25,015 bases of DNA from a virus (IMGVR_UViG_3300009095_000067:1-25015); one strand, 5' to 3'; positions 1-8,283 are shown, counted from the stretch's first letter. Notes: generated by a model not told the origin, from the sequence alone. Made by a program: numbers and translations.

Positions 1-648
1 GCCTTCAGTCAGTTCGACATCACCGCCCCAGCAGGACAGTCTGCCAGCATGATGCGAGTCATGGACAACGGAGGGAACACCAGGTTCTCCGTCCAGGCCA
101 CTGGCCGCACCCTGGCCGATCGCGGCATGACTGTGGCACAGCCCGGACTTACGTCCGGCGCTGTACTCCAGGTCGGAGGGTCGAACGCTGGCTACACTGG
201 CAACCTTCAGCAGTGGGTGTCGCCCGGCAACGTGATCGTTGCAAGCGTTGATGAGAACGGTCGAGCAGAGTTCGGTCAGCAGGCCGCATCTGGCACGTCT
301 GGCATCATCTCCGCAGCCTCCGGCTGGAGCGTAAACTCGGACACCAAGGCCATCAAGAAGGCTGGATGGATCATCCTCACTGCGGCCCTGGACAGGACTG
401 GCGGAACGCTGACGGCCAATAGTGAGGGTAACTTCACAGACGTCGACCTGTGCACCATCCAGGCCGCTTGGCGGCCTGACAGCTTCCTCAGCAACGACCG
501 TATGGTCGCTACCTGGGGAACTGGATTCACGTCCGGCTCTGTCGGCCTGAATCCGAGCACTGGTCTGGTTGACCTTCTCGATGCTCACAGCACCAGCCAG
601 ATCGAGAACACGCACACGCTGCGATTCACGTACGTTTACCCGGCATAA
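1..648 (+). CDS. Tail fiber/minor tail protein, C-terminal part (5' truncated by window)
   Basis: Frame is open from base 1 to TAA at 648; Gly/Ser/Thr-rich beta-type sequence with a tail-fiber-like C-terminal domain; lies in late structural context. Confidence 0.65.
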   Translation, partial: AFSQFDITAPAGQSASMMRVMDNGGNTRFSVQATGRTLADRGMTVAQPGLTSGAVLQVGGSNAGYTGNLQQWVSPGNVIVASVDENGRAEFGQQAASGTSGIISAASGWSVNSDTKAIKKAGWIILTAALDRTGGTLTANSEGNFTDVDLCTIQAAWRPDSFLSNDRMVATWGTGFTSGSVGLNPSTGLVDLLDAHSTSQIENTHTLRFTYVYPA

Positions 649-658
649 GGAGTAAGTA

Positions 659-2587
659 GTGGCCACCGTCGTTCGTAAGATCCCGGATCAGCTCAGTGGC
701 CTGGGCGCAACAATCCAGGCCAACTACAGCCTTCAGGACTATGCATACGACTATGCCATCTTCGGTATTCCGTTCCTGTCCGCCACGCAGGACCAGCGTC
801 CATACACTGAGCGCATGGTGGAGATCAGGAAGCAGCAGTTCGATAACTTCGCCGAGCCTGGTGAGCAGAGCCTGGATGGCTGGTGGCTGAGGAGCCAGTC
901 CACCTTCACGGGTGGGGCTGGCATCCTGTACCAGGACCCAGACAACGACAACCAGTTCAACTACAGGTACGCCGAGTCCCTTGGCGTTGACCCGTGGACG
1001 AACGGCCAGCTCAAGCTACTGCGGACTGTCGAGCCAAATACTGAGGCTGGCAAGCTTCCGCTTCTCGTTAAGGGCTATGTCGACCCTTCAGGGGTCGACG
1101 CCTACTGGCAGGTCTACGGAGATCAGCTCGACAAGGTGACAGACTCTGGGGCGACTGCCATCATTGGTGTCACCCTGAACACCATCTTCGACATCACGTC
1201 CAGCGGTGCAACCTACATCATTGTGGCAGCAGATGGGATCAAGACTGGGCTGGATACGGCAGCACCCACCACCCAGTACAGTGGGACCTACAATGACACC
1301 TCGATCATCGAGGCCGTCAAGGACCGCGTCATCTTCTGCCAGGACAATAAGGTCTACCAGCTCGTACAGTCGCCAGCCACCCCTCCAGTTACACTTCCGA
1401 CCGAGGAGTATGAGCACGCCGATCCTCAGTGGCGCTGGAGGTCCATCACCGATGGACCGACTGCGGTGTACATCGCTGGAGACTCTGGCACTACGAGCCA
1501 GATTCACAGGTTCTCTCCAACCATCGACAGCGGTGGCGTACCAGAGTTCACGTGGACTGGCGTAACCGCCACCATGCCCACTGGTGAGATCATCAACACG
1601 ATCTACCAGTACGTGGGGTCGTTCGTCGGCATCGCCACGAACAAGGGCTTCAGGGTCGGAGAGATCGACAGTAACGGCGACATCAGCTACGGTCCGCTAC
1701 TCTTTGAGCCAGCAGGTGGATGCTCCGAGATCGTCGGTAGCGACCGATTCATGTGGGTCGGCAGCACCGCCGCCCACGATGGACAGTCTGGACTGTTCAG
1801 GGTGGATCTCGGTAACGTCACCCAGGAGCAGACAACCAGGGCCGTACGCTACGCGTACGCCAGGGACATCTACACTCCGCTGAGCAGTGGAACCGTCTCC
1901 TCTCTCACCATGTTCGGCGCATCGGACCGCAAGGTCTTCGCCGTGGAGGGATACGCTGCGGTCAAGGAGGCTACGACCGAGCTGCTGGACAGTGGGTACC
2001 TGGAGACTGGGCGAGTCAGGTTCAACACGGAAGAGCCGAAGCTTTACAAGTTCTTCTCCATCCGTGCACCATCTCCACTTCAGGGAAACCTCAGCGTCTC
2101 CGTGCTCAGCGAAGGCGGCGGAGAGGTCCCCCACATCACCTTCACTCCGACCTCCGGGTCCGGAGTGAGCGACGTAGCCATTAGGAATCCAACCGGCAGG
2201 CAGAACTGGATCAGGCTGAAGTTCACCCTCAACCGAGGAACTGACCCCGCTTTTGGCGGGGTCCTGAATGGATGGCAGATCAAGGCGCTGCCAGGCTCCA
2301 TCCGCCAGAGGACTATCACCCAGACTTTCCAGCTCTTCGATGATGAGACGGACAGGACTGGACAGAGGATGGGGACCGACGAGTATGCGCGAGACAGGTT
2401 CGAGCTATTCAAGGCTGTCGCACGAGCGGGCGACGTGGTTACGTACCAGGAACTCCAGGAGGACATCGCCACTCAGGTCGTCATTGACGATTGGGAGTTC
2501 AGGCAGACTGATCCACCTGGACCAAATCGGGGGGCACTGGGAGGGTATCTGACGGTCGTAATGAGGACCGTCGCTGAGTCCACGTAA
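659..2587 (+). CDS. Minor tail/structural protein, 642 aa (beta-rich, possibly nozzle/propeller-like)
   Basis: GTG start with AAGGAG RBS; long ORF with phage-like codon usage between a tail gene and the lysis cassette; function inferred from context. Confidence 0.6.
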   Translation: MATVVRKIPDQLSGLGATIQANYSLQDYAYDYAIFGIPFLSATQDQRPYTERMVEIRKQQFDNFAEPGEQSLDGWWLRSQSTFTGGAGILYQDPDNDNQFNYRYAESLGVDPWTNGQLKLLRTVEPNTEAGKLPLLVKGYVDPSGVDAYWQVYGDQLDKVTDSGATAIIGVTLNTIFDITSSGATYIIVAADGIKTGLDTAAPTTQYSGTYNDTSIIEAVKDRVIFCQDNKVYQLVQSPATPPVTLPTEEYEHADPQWRWRSITDGPTAVYIAGDSGTTSQIHRFSPTIDSGGVPEFTWTGVTATMPTGEIINTIYQYVGSFVGIATNKGFRVGEIDSNGDISYGPLLFEPAGGCSEIVGSDRFMWVGSTAAHDGQSGLFRVDLGNVTQEQTTRAVRYAYARDIYTPLSSGTVSSLTMFGASDRKVFAVEGYAAVKEATTELLDSGYLETGRVRFNTEEPKLYKFFSIRAPSPLQGNLSVSVLSEGGGEVPHITFTPTSGSGVSDVAIRNPTGRQNWIRLKFTLNRGTDPAFGGVLNGWQIKALPGSIRQRTITQTFQLFDDETDRTGQRMGTDEYARDRFELFKAVARAGDVVTYQELQEDIATQVVIDDWEFRQTDPPGPNRGALGGYLTVVMRTVAEST

Positions 2588-2599
2588 GGGAGAGAGAGT

Positions 2600-2917
2600 A
2601 TGGCACTGACGCCCGATGCCATCATTACCATCCTGACGGGAGCCGCTGGCGTTGCTGGCGGCTTCTTCGGGGGGAGGCGCCTCGGTTCCAACCAGGCGCA
2701 GGAGGCGGCAGTCAACACTGTCGAGCTTCTACAGGTCGCGGTGAGCGAGCTGGAGCGACAGGGCCGCCTCAAGGATGAGGAGGTAGCAGAGCTAAGGGCA
2801 AGGGTTGACATCCTTGAGTCCATGATTACTCAGCGCGCAGAGGTTGAGGCCGTTCACGAGGAGGTCAAGGGAGTCAAGGGCGTGGTCGACAAGATTGCTG
2901 CTAAGGTGGGAGCATGA
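2600..2917 (+). CDS. Membrane protein with N-terminal TM segment and coiled coil (lysis-cassette associated)
   Basis: RBS AAGGGAGAGAG; hydrophobic AIITILTGAAGVAGGFFGG followed by a heptad-like charged helix. Confidence 0.65.
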   Translation: MALTPDAIITILTGAAGVAGGFFGGRRLGSNQAQEAAVNTVELLQVAVSELERQGRLKDEEVAELRARVDILESMITQRAEVEAVHEEVKGVKGVVDKIAAKVGA

Positions 2918-3144
2918 GCATCCCATGGTACGAGCGCCGCATCTATGCAGTGACCACCCAGCAGGAACGCGATGCTGTGCTTCACGTTCAGCTCGTGCTG
3001 GGGATCGACCAGACAGGGGAACTCGATGAGCCGACCAAGTCCCACATCCGTGGGCTTCAGTCTCTCTTCGGTCTCCGAACTACTGGCATCATCGATGATG
3101 CCACGGCAGAACAGATCGAACGCATCTTCCCATATGGAGCATGA
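2914..3144 (+). CDS. Stand-alone peptidoglycan-binding-domain protein (PGBD-like)
   Basis: ATGA overlap with upstream gene; motifs VQLVLGIDQTGELDEPT and LQSLFGLRTTGIIDDAT match the PG_binding_1 pattern. Confidence 0.7.
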   Translation: MSIPWYERRIYAVTTQQERDAVLHVQLVLGIDQTGELDEPTKSHIRGLQSLFGLRTTGIIDDATAEQIERIFPYGA

Positions 3145-3251
3145 TGCCAAACAAGCCCTACTCCAAGGCCGAGAAGAAGGCCACGGCCAAGAAGATAGTC
3201 AAGAAGGCAGCTGCCAAGAAGGTGGCGGCCAAGAAGAAGGGACGCAAGTGA
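3141..3251 (+). CDS. Small Lys/Ala-rich basic peptide, 36 aa (MMPNKPYSKAEKKATAKKIVKKAAAKKVAAKKKGRK)
   Basis: Not in ORF track; ATGA overlap upstream and GTGA overlap with holin; fills the gap exactly. Confidence 0.75.
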   Translation: MMPNKPYSKAEKKATAKKIVKKAAAKKVAAKKKGRK

Positions 3252-3445
3252 GCCCGTACTTTAAGGATCTAGTCGAGCGTGTCGTAGCCACGTTCGGATT
3301 CACGTTCCTGTCCGTCTTCAGCTTCACTGATATGAGCACCGCCAAGGATGCTGCTATCGGAGGAGCCGCAGCGGCAGCGAGCATCGTCAAGGGATGGCTC
3401 GGAAGTATGATCGGCAGCCAGGACCATGCAGGTCTGAGCAAGTAA
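3248..3445 (+). CDS. Holin (r1t-like, two TM segments)
   Basis: GTG start at 3248; MSPYFKDLVERVVATFGFTFLSVF...AAIGGAAAAASIVKG resembles the r1t-type holin pattern; last gene before a terminator. Confidence 0.7.
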   Translation: MSPYFKDLVERVVATFGFTFLSVFSFTDMSTAKDAAIGGAAAAASIVKGWLGSMIGSQDHAGLSK

Positions 3446-3480
3446 CAAGAACCCCCCACCTAATGGTGGGGGGCTTTCTT
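3446..3480 (+). terminator. Intrinsic terminator between convergent late and replication operons (possibly bidirectional)
   Basis: CCCCCCACC-TAAT-GGTGGGGGG hairpin followed by CTTTCTT; preceded by AAGAA. Confidence 0.8.
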
Positions 3481-3484
3481 GCGT

Positions 3485-3646
3485 TTACGGGAGTCGGAGG
3501 CGGGACATCTCAGTCTCCCTCGGCCACCCTGTCTCGTTGTTCTTGACCAGACAGTTCTTGCGATGCCTCGAACTGGCCTGATTCATGATGACCTTGCAGT
3601 GCGGGCAGCGAGCCCGCCTCTTGCTCTGCGTGTTCTTGCGACTCAT
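3485..3646 (-). CDS. Small basic putative zinc-finger protein, 53 aa
   Basis: Not in track; MSRKNTQSKRRARCPHCKVIMNQASSRHRKNC...; ATGA overlap with upstream gene. Confidence 0.6.
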   Translation of the reverse strand: MSRKNTQSKRRARCPHCKVIMNQASSRHRKNCLVKNNETGWPRETEMSRLRLP

Positions 3647-3849
3647 GAGAACAGCTCCGAGACCTTCTCGCAGTAACGAAGCTCAACGCCCTCGTGAAGC
3701 TCCACCCTCTCAGCCTTCACCCACTTGCGGGCCTGGCGCTGGGCGTAGCGAATCTCCATGTAGTGCTTAGTGCCACTGACGTGCGTCCCGAGGTAGTAAG
3801 CCCTACGCGGCTGACCCACTTCGATCACTCGGGCGTTGACCATCTTCAT
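3643..3849 (-). CDS. Hypothetical protein
   Basis: ATG at 3849 with AGGAG RBS; TAATG overlap with upstream gene. Confidence 0.6.
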   Translation of the reverse strand: MKMVNARVIEVGQPRRAYYLGTHVSGTKHYMEIRYAQRQARKWVKAERVELHEGVELRYCEKVSELFS

Positions 3850-3998
3850 TACTTGTGCTCCTTGACTATCACGAGCTTCCACATGGGAGTCGTGCCGTAC
3901 TCGGAGACGGGGCAGGACATCTTGTGTCCGTCCCGTCCGTCTGTGTTCCGCCGATCCACCTTGCAGATCGAGCAGATGTGGCGGACCATCCTGGTCAC
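3849..3998 (-). CDS. Small putative zinc-binding protein, 49 aa
   Basis: Not in track; MTRMVRHICSICKVDRRNTDGRDGHKMSCPV...; GTGA and TAATG overlaps at the two ends. Confidence 0.6.
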   Translation of the reverse strand: MTRMVRHICSICKVDRRNTDGRDGHKMSCPVSEYGTTPMWKLVIVKEHK

Positions 3999-4183
3999 AG
4001 CCCTGTCAGGGCTCGGAGGATGACGCCCGCAGCGTCGTTCACGAAGTCGGCCACGTCGATGTAGTCCTCGGCGTTGGCGCTGAAGTGGAACTCCAGCGTG
4101 ACATCGACCGGATCGTCATCGAACGTGAGGGTGAACGTGGCCGTCGGGTTATCGGGGTTGGGCTGCGTCACGGTCTCTGCCAT
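3995..4183 (-). CDS. Small acidic hypothetical protein
   Basis: GGAGG RBS before ATG 4183; coupled to the downstream gene. Confidence 0.65.
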   Translation of the reverse strand: MAETVTQPNPDNPTATFTLTFDDDPVDVTLEFHFSANAEDYIDVADFVNDAAGVILRALTGL

Positions 4184-4470
4184 GAGTCCTCCATCTTGAG
4201 GGCGTACGCGTACAGGATCACGGCGTAGCCAGCCAGATCCTTGAAGGTGTCCAGCTTCGACTCGTTGTACACATCCTCGGGCAGGCCCTTGAGCCTGCCC
4301 AGCTTGATGCCGATCTGAGTCATGATCGCACCAAGGGTATCGGTGCCAGCGATCTCCGCCGCGTACTCGAAGTTGCTGAACTCCCCATCGATCTTGTAGT
4401 CAGAGTTCTTCTGATACAAGACGGACCCAAGGTCCGTCAGCGCCGTCTCGATAAACGACACGGACGACAC
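4168..4470 (-). CDS. DUF1599/nucleotide-modification-associated-domain-like protein
   Basis: Motifs KNSDY, FSNF, IKLGRL, DTFKDLAGYAVI are typical of this phage family; start uncertain (GTG 4470 or 4461). Confidence 0.6.
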   Translation of the reverse strand: MSSVSFIETALTDLGSVLYQKNSDYKIDGEFSNFEYAAEIAGTDTLGAIMTQIGIKLGRLKGLPEDVYNESKLDTFKDLAGYAVILYAYALKMEDSWQRP

Positions 4471-4819
4471 CGGCTGCGAGGATGAGGTTCCTGCATTGCT
4501 GGCAGGGCTCGTGGTTGATGTAGATGGTGCACCCCACAGCCCTGGATCCCGCTCGAACGATTGCATTCGCCTCGGCGTGGACGCCGGTACAGGGGACTGC
4601 GTTGTAGTCGGTTCCTGCTGGTACTTCGTCATAGGCCAGCTTCCCCCGAGGGCATCCACCCTCCGTGCAATTGGGCCTGCCGCTCGGCGTTCCATTGTAT
4701 CCTGTCGAGATCGTGTGACCATCCGGGCTGACGAGGACGGCACCAACTTGACGTCGTGTGCACTTGGCCTCGTCAGCCCAGACATCGGTCATCCTACGAA
4801 AGGGCCGGTCGCTCGGCAT
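4400..4819 (-). CDS. dCMP deaminase (ComEB-like)
   Basis: CTRRQVGAVLV, TGYNG, HAEANA and PCQQC zinc deaminase motifs. Confidence 0.9.
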   Translation of the reverse strand: MPSDRPFRRMTDVWADEAKCTRRQVGAVLVSPDGHTISTGYNGTPSGRPNCTEGGCPRGKLAYDEVPAGTDYNAVPCTGVHAEANAIVRAGSRAVGCTIYINHEPCQQCRNLILAAGVVRVVYRDGADGPWVRLVSEEL

Positions 4820-5273
4820 CGTAGTCCAGGTTGAGGTTACGGGTCAGCTCGTTGAGGCCAACGCGCTCAGCCAGGATCTCTTCGAGACCCTTGGCCTCCT
4901 CGCCACCCTTGCGGAGCACGATGAGAGTGATGTCCGCAGCCTGCTTGCGGATCCACTTCCACTCGTTGCGAAGGACCGTGTAGTCCTTCGCCATGTACGT
5001 GTAGGGCTCCCGCTTGTAGGGCCTACGGCCCCACCTGTCAGGCTCCGCCTCGGTGTCGACAATCCACCTGTGCGAAGTCTGCTTGATGTCCGGCGCACCC
5101 TCTTGATAGGCGTACACCGGCACCTGCTGCGGGAGCTGGATGGTCACGCGCCCGGAGTCGAAGACTCCGGACACGCGTCCGACCTCGGGCTTGCCCGACC
5201 ACTTGTGCTTCGGGCAGGAGAGGACGATGTCGCCCACCTCCACCTCAACGCCAAAGGAGTCCTTGCGGCTCAT
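4794..5273 (-). CDS. Hypothetical protein (N-terminal YopX/SH3-like DSFGVEVEVGDIV motif)
   Basis: ORF with phage codon usage, coupled to neighbours. Confidence 0.65.
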   Translation of the reverse strand: MSRKDSFGVEVEVGDIVLSCPKHKWSGKPEVGRVSGVFDSGRVTIQLPQQVPVYAYQEGAPDIKQTSHRWIVDTEAEPDRWGRRPYKREPYTYMAKDYTVLRNEWKWIRKQAADITLIVLRKGGEEAKGLEEILAERVGLNELTRNLNLDYDAERPALS

Positions 5274-5338
5274 CCGGCAGGGCAGCCACAGTGCGGCGGG
5301 AAGTGCGGCGGGTTGGTGCAGTTGTGCCGACAGCTCAC
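5270..5338 (-). CDS. 22-aa Cys/His/Pro-rich micropeptide (MSCRHNCTNPPHFPPHCGCPAG)
   Basis: Not in track; TAGTG overlap at start and ATGA overlap at stop bridge two genes exactly. Confidence 0.5.
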   Translation of the reverse strand: MSCRHNCTNPPHFPPHCGCPAG

Positions 5339-5505
5339 TACTTGTTCTTGCCCTTCTCGTAGGCGTCGAGGGCCGGGGTCGTAGACCCTGCGCCCCTGCG
5401 GTTGTGGCCCCACTGCTGGTCGAACTCCCTGGCCTTCACCTCGGGGTTCGCGTTCTGGTCGTAGGGCTTGTTGTTCAGGTCCTCGGTCCTGCGGTGCTTC
5501 GCCAT
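5338..5505 (-). CDS. Hypothetical protein, 55 aa (MAKHRRTEDLNNKPYDQ...)
   Basis: Not in track; TAATG overlap with upstream gene; phage codon usage. Confidence 0.65.
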   Translation of the reverse strand: MAKHRRTEDLNNKPYDQNANPEVKAREFDQQWGHNRRGAGSTTPALDAYEKGKNK

Positions 5506-5738
5506 TAGGACTTCAGCTCCATCTCGATGATGTAGTACTCGTCGGTCTCGATGCCCTCCGCCGGAGGGATGTAGACGCTGTTGGCGTCCTCCTCAACCTG
5601 CACGTCGTTGTCCAGGGCCAGCTCGTGAATCCAGTCCACAGCACCCTGAAGGTTGTCGAACAGCTCGACCGGCTCGGTCGTCACCTGGTCGGTGCCGATG
5701 AACGTGGTCTCGTTGAGGATGAGGTAAGCGGTGCTCAT
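5505..5738 (-). CDS. Acidic hypothetical protein
   Basis: ATGA overlap with primase stop. Confidence 0.65.
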   Translation of the reverse strand: MSTAYLILNETTFIGTDQVTTEPVELFDNLQGAVDWIHELALDNDVQVEEDANSVYIPPAEGIETDEYYIIEMELKS

Positions 5739-6367
5739 CGCCGAATCCTTTGCCTTAGAGCGTCGGCTCCCGACGCTGTCCAGATCGAGTTTACATCCTG
5801 ACCATCAGGGAGTGCAACGCGGATCGCGTTCGTCTCCATCACGACTCGGTCGGCAAACTTCTTGCCAGCCTCATCGCCCTCCTGCCAGACGTACACACGA
5901 GTGAAGTCCTCAAAGACCAGGTTCCAGTGATCTTCCCACTTGGTTGCCCCAGGAATCCCCACACAGGGGATTCCTGCGAGCGTTGAGCTGATGGCGTCGA
6001 TCTCACCCTCAGCGATTGCAATGGCAGTGCCCGCACTATCCAACGCCTGGACGTTGTACAGATTGGAAGACAGCCCCTGCCAGTGCTGATACTTCCCGTG
6101 CTTCTCATCCTTGCAGGAGTGAGGCTTCATGCACCGGAAGTTCATGTTGACACAGCCAGCCCCCGTCATGTACGGGATTGCCAGCCTGCCTACGAGGTGT
6201 TCCTGACCGGGGAGCGGGTTACGAACTACGCCAAGTCCTGCGGAGTGCGCGGCTGCCAGATCGATTCCTCGACCCGCCAGATAGTCTGCGGCTTCCGACA
6301 GGTGCTCGCTGTACGTCTCCTGCGCCCTTGCCAGCAACTTCCTCTGCACGACGGAGAGCGTCGCCAT
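5735..6367 (-). CDS. DNA primase, TOPRIM catalytic part
   Basis: YLAGRGI, GRLAIPY, IAEGEIDA, GIPGA, EGDEAG and DVN TOPRIM motifs; own AAGGAG RBS. Confidence 0.85.
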   Translation of the reverse strand: MATLSVVQRKLLARAQETYSEHLSEAADYLAGRGIDLAAAHSAGLGVVRNPLPGQEHLVGRLAIPYMTGAGCVNMNFRCMKPHSCKDEKHGKYQHWQGLSSNLYNVQALDSAGTAIAIAEGEIDAISSTLAGIPCVGIPGATKWEDHWNLVFEDFTRVYVWQEGDEAGKKFADRVVMETNAIRVALPDGQDVNSIWTASGADALRQRIRR

Positions 6368-6617
6368 AGGAGCAGTTCTCCTTCTTCCTGATGAGCTGAG
6401 TGGCGTTCCCCTTCATGTCACAGGCGTGACAGACGAACACGTTGATGATCGTGTTGACCGAAGCGGAAGCGCTTCGGTCTCCATGGAAGGGACACTTGTA
6501 GGCGTACCATCCATGGTCGTCGCGAACTTCTTCGCCACCATACTCCACGAGGATGGGGCCGATCGGGAAGACCGGCCACTCCCTCTCTTCAGTCCTTGCC
6601 CTCTTCATCGGAGACAT
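6219..6617 (-). CDS. DNA primase, CHC2 zinc-binding part
   Basis: CPFHGDRSASASVN...FVCHAC..KGN CHC2 motif; start 6617 or 6608. Confidence 0.85.
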   Translation of the reverse strand: MSPMKRARTEEREWPVFPIGPILVEYGGEEVRDDHGWYAYKCPFHGDRSASASVNTIINVFVCHACDMKGNATQLIRKKENCSYGDALRRAEEVAGKGAGDVQRAPVGSRRLSGGSRNRSGSRALRRTWRSS

Positions 6618-6729
6618 ACTCCTCTGCGAGGTTGCGGATCACGGCGAACTCGTAGTCGTTCGGGAGTTCGCCAGTTGAATCCTCGAATGCCGCTACTGCG
6701 TCATCGATCAGTTCATCCTTCTTGCCCAT
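6589..6729 (-). CDS. Small acidic hypothetical protein, 46 aa (MGKKDELIDDAVAAFEDSTGELPNDYEF...)
   Basis: Not in track; GGAGG RBS; fills the gap between resolvase and primase. Confidence 0.6.
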   Translation of the reverse strand: MGKKDELIDDAVAAFEDSTGELPNDYEFAVIRNLAEEYVSDEEGKD

Positions 6730-7057
6730 AGCCTGCCTCCTTCAGCAGACGGAGCAGGCTGTCGACCCTCAAGCAGACAACCCACTGTCCAATGTTGGCT
6801 TCGCCCTGTCCGTTCATTCTGAGAACGGCAGCCTGGACATCATCTCCCTCACACTCACGCTCCATCTGCTTGAGCGCTTCGAGGGGGTTGAAGCCAGACC
6901 TGGCCTTGAGTTCGAACCAGACACCCGGAGTCGAAAGGATGTCACGCCCCTGACGGCCTGCCCCTGTAGGTTCAGCATGAGGGAAGGTCGACCGAATGTA
7001 CTCGGCGAAGACCTTCTGGGATCGGTAGCCACGATGCTTCCTACTCTGCGATGGCAT
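6713..7057 (-). CDS. Holliday junction resolvase (PD-(D/E)XK, Hjc-like)
   Basis: SRKHRGYRSQ N-terminus, GRDI...FELKAR catalytic motif; GGAGG RBS. Confidence 0.75.
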   Translation of the reverse strand: MPSQSRKHRGYRSQKVFAEYIRSTFPHAEPTGAGRQGRDILSTPGVWFELKARSGFNPLEALKQMERECEGDDVQAAVLRMNGQGEANIGQWVVCLRVDSLLRLLKEAGYGQEG

Positions 7058-7060
7058 CCG

Positions 7061-7426
7061 TCACGCATCCTCCACGCTGATGGAGAAGCCGTAGCTGTAG
7101 TAGCCAGAGCCTTCACTCCAGGCGGTGTCCAGCTTCAGCACTTCGGCCATGTCGGCGAGGATGAACCAGGTCTCCTCGTCATCCTCGACCTTCACGTCCG
7201 TGATGATGTGGTCAGCCAGCTTCTCATTGAAGAGGAAGTCGTTGATCCACCCACCAGCGCAGCAGTCGGACGTGCCTCGCATGTGGACAACCTTGCCGTT
7301 GTCGAGAGTGAGCTTTACGCCGCTCTCGTCCCAGCCGTTGCGCTTCAGCTCCTCGACCGCAACAATCCTGTGGCCGACGACCGCTTCAGCCAGCTCGTCG
7401 CGGTTGCCCTCGATCTGGTAGTCCAT
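7061..7426 (-). CDS. Conserved phage hypothetical protein (DCCA motif, GYYSYGF end)
   Basis: AGGAGG RBS; TGATG overlap with helicase. Confidence 0.65.
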   Translation of the reverse strand: MDYQIEGNRDELAEAVVGHRIVAVEELKRNGWDESGVKLTLDNGKVVHMRGTSDCCAGGWINDFLFNEKLADHIITDVKVEDDEETWFILADMAEVLKLDTAWSEGSGYYSYGFSISVEDA

Positions 7427-8280
7427 CAGTCCTCCTTGAAGAGGTCGATCTTCTCGTCTTCATCTACGGAGACGCCATCACGGAACAGCATCTCGCTCAG
7501 CTCGTCCTCCTCGATCCGGCACAGCGCAGGCTGTGCCTTCATGCGGAACAACTTCTTGGCCATCGCATCCTGGGGCCCGAACCTGTTCTTCACCACGGCC
7601 ACATCCATCGTCTCGTTGTGAGCGTCACCCCACAGGGTGAGGATCGTGGTGGGGAGCTGGTTCGCCTTGCCCATGATGGCGCTACGGGGAGGCGGTGTGC
7701 CACCCTTCGCGGCCTCGGATGTGTGGTGCACGATCGAGAGGGACGTCTGCTGATCACGTGCCATGACCTTCAGCTCGGCCATGAGAGCCCAGTAGTTCTG
7801 CTCTCCGGCCCCCTCGTAGTCGACATCCATCAGGATGTCGATGATCGTGTGGTGCGGGTACTCCCCGTGTACTTCACGGAACGCCTCGGCCTCACGCCAC
7901 ATGTGCTCCAGCGTAGGGGCTGCATGGAACGACCACTTGACGTGGCCGAACTGCCGCAGGGCATCGGAGTTGGTGTGGTCACCAGCCATGATGACCTCCT
8001 CCGCCTCTTCGGTCGTGAGACCAGTCTTCATCGACAGCACACGAGTGGCCATCGTGAAGTCATCCGAGTCGGAGGAATGGTACAGGGTCGGTACGTCAGG
8101 ACCCATCTGGTCTACGATGTTCAACATCATGACCGTCTTCATGGACCCCGGAGGACCGGCGATCATCTGCATAGAGGACCGGCGAAAGGTGATCTTCTTC
8201 TGGTCGAAGATCGGCCAGGGAGCCGGAAGCGGCTCCCCAGCCGACAGGCCACGCCTCACCGATCGGAACAGGGTCTTAAT
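7426..8280 (-). CDS. DnaB/RecA-family replicative helicase (probable ATT start at 8280; first canonical start GTG 8259)
   Basis: Walker A AGPPGSMKT, Walker B IIDIL, VHHT and VKNRFGP motifs; RBS AAGGAG lies 6 nt before the ATT. Confidence 0.85.
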   Translation of the reverse strand: MKTLFRSVRRGLSAGEPLPAPWPIFDQKKITFRRSSMQMIAGPPGSMKTVMMLNIVDQMGPDVPTLYHSSDSDDFTMATRVLSMKTGLTTEEAEEVIMAGDHTNSDALRQFGHVKWSFHAAPTLEHMWREAEAFREVHGEYPHHTIIDILMDVDYEGAGEQNYWALMAELKVMARDQQTSLSIVHHTSEAAKGGTPPPRSAIMGKANQLPTTILTLWGDAHNETMDVAVVKNRFGPQDAMAKKLFRMKAQPALCRIEEDELSEMLFRDGVSVDEDEKIDLFKED

Positions 8281-8283
8281 GAC

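Noticed and set aside
2972-3247. N-terminal extension of the holin in the 157-aa track ORF
   Set aside because: Overlaps the PGBD and Lys-rich genes; GTG 3248 with GTGA coupling is more plausible
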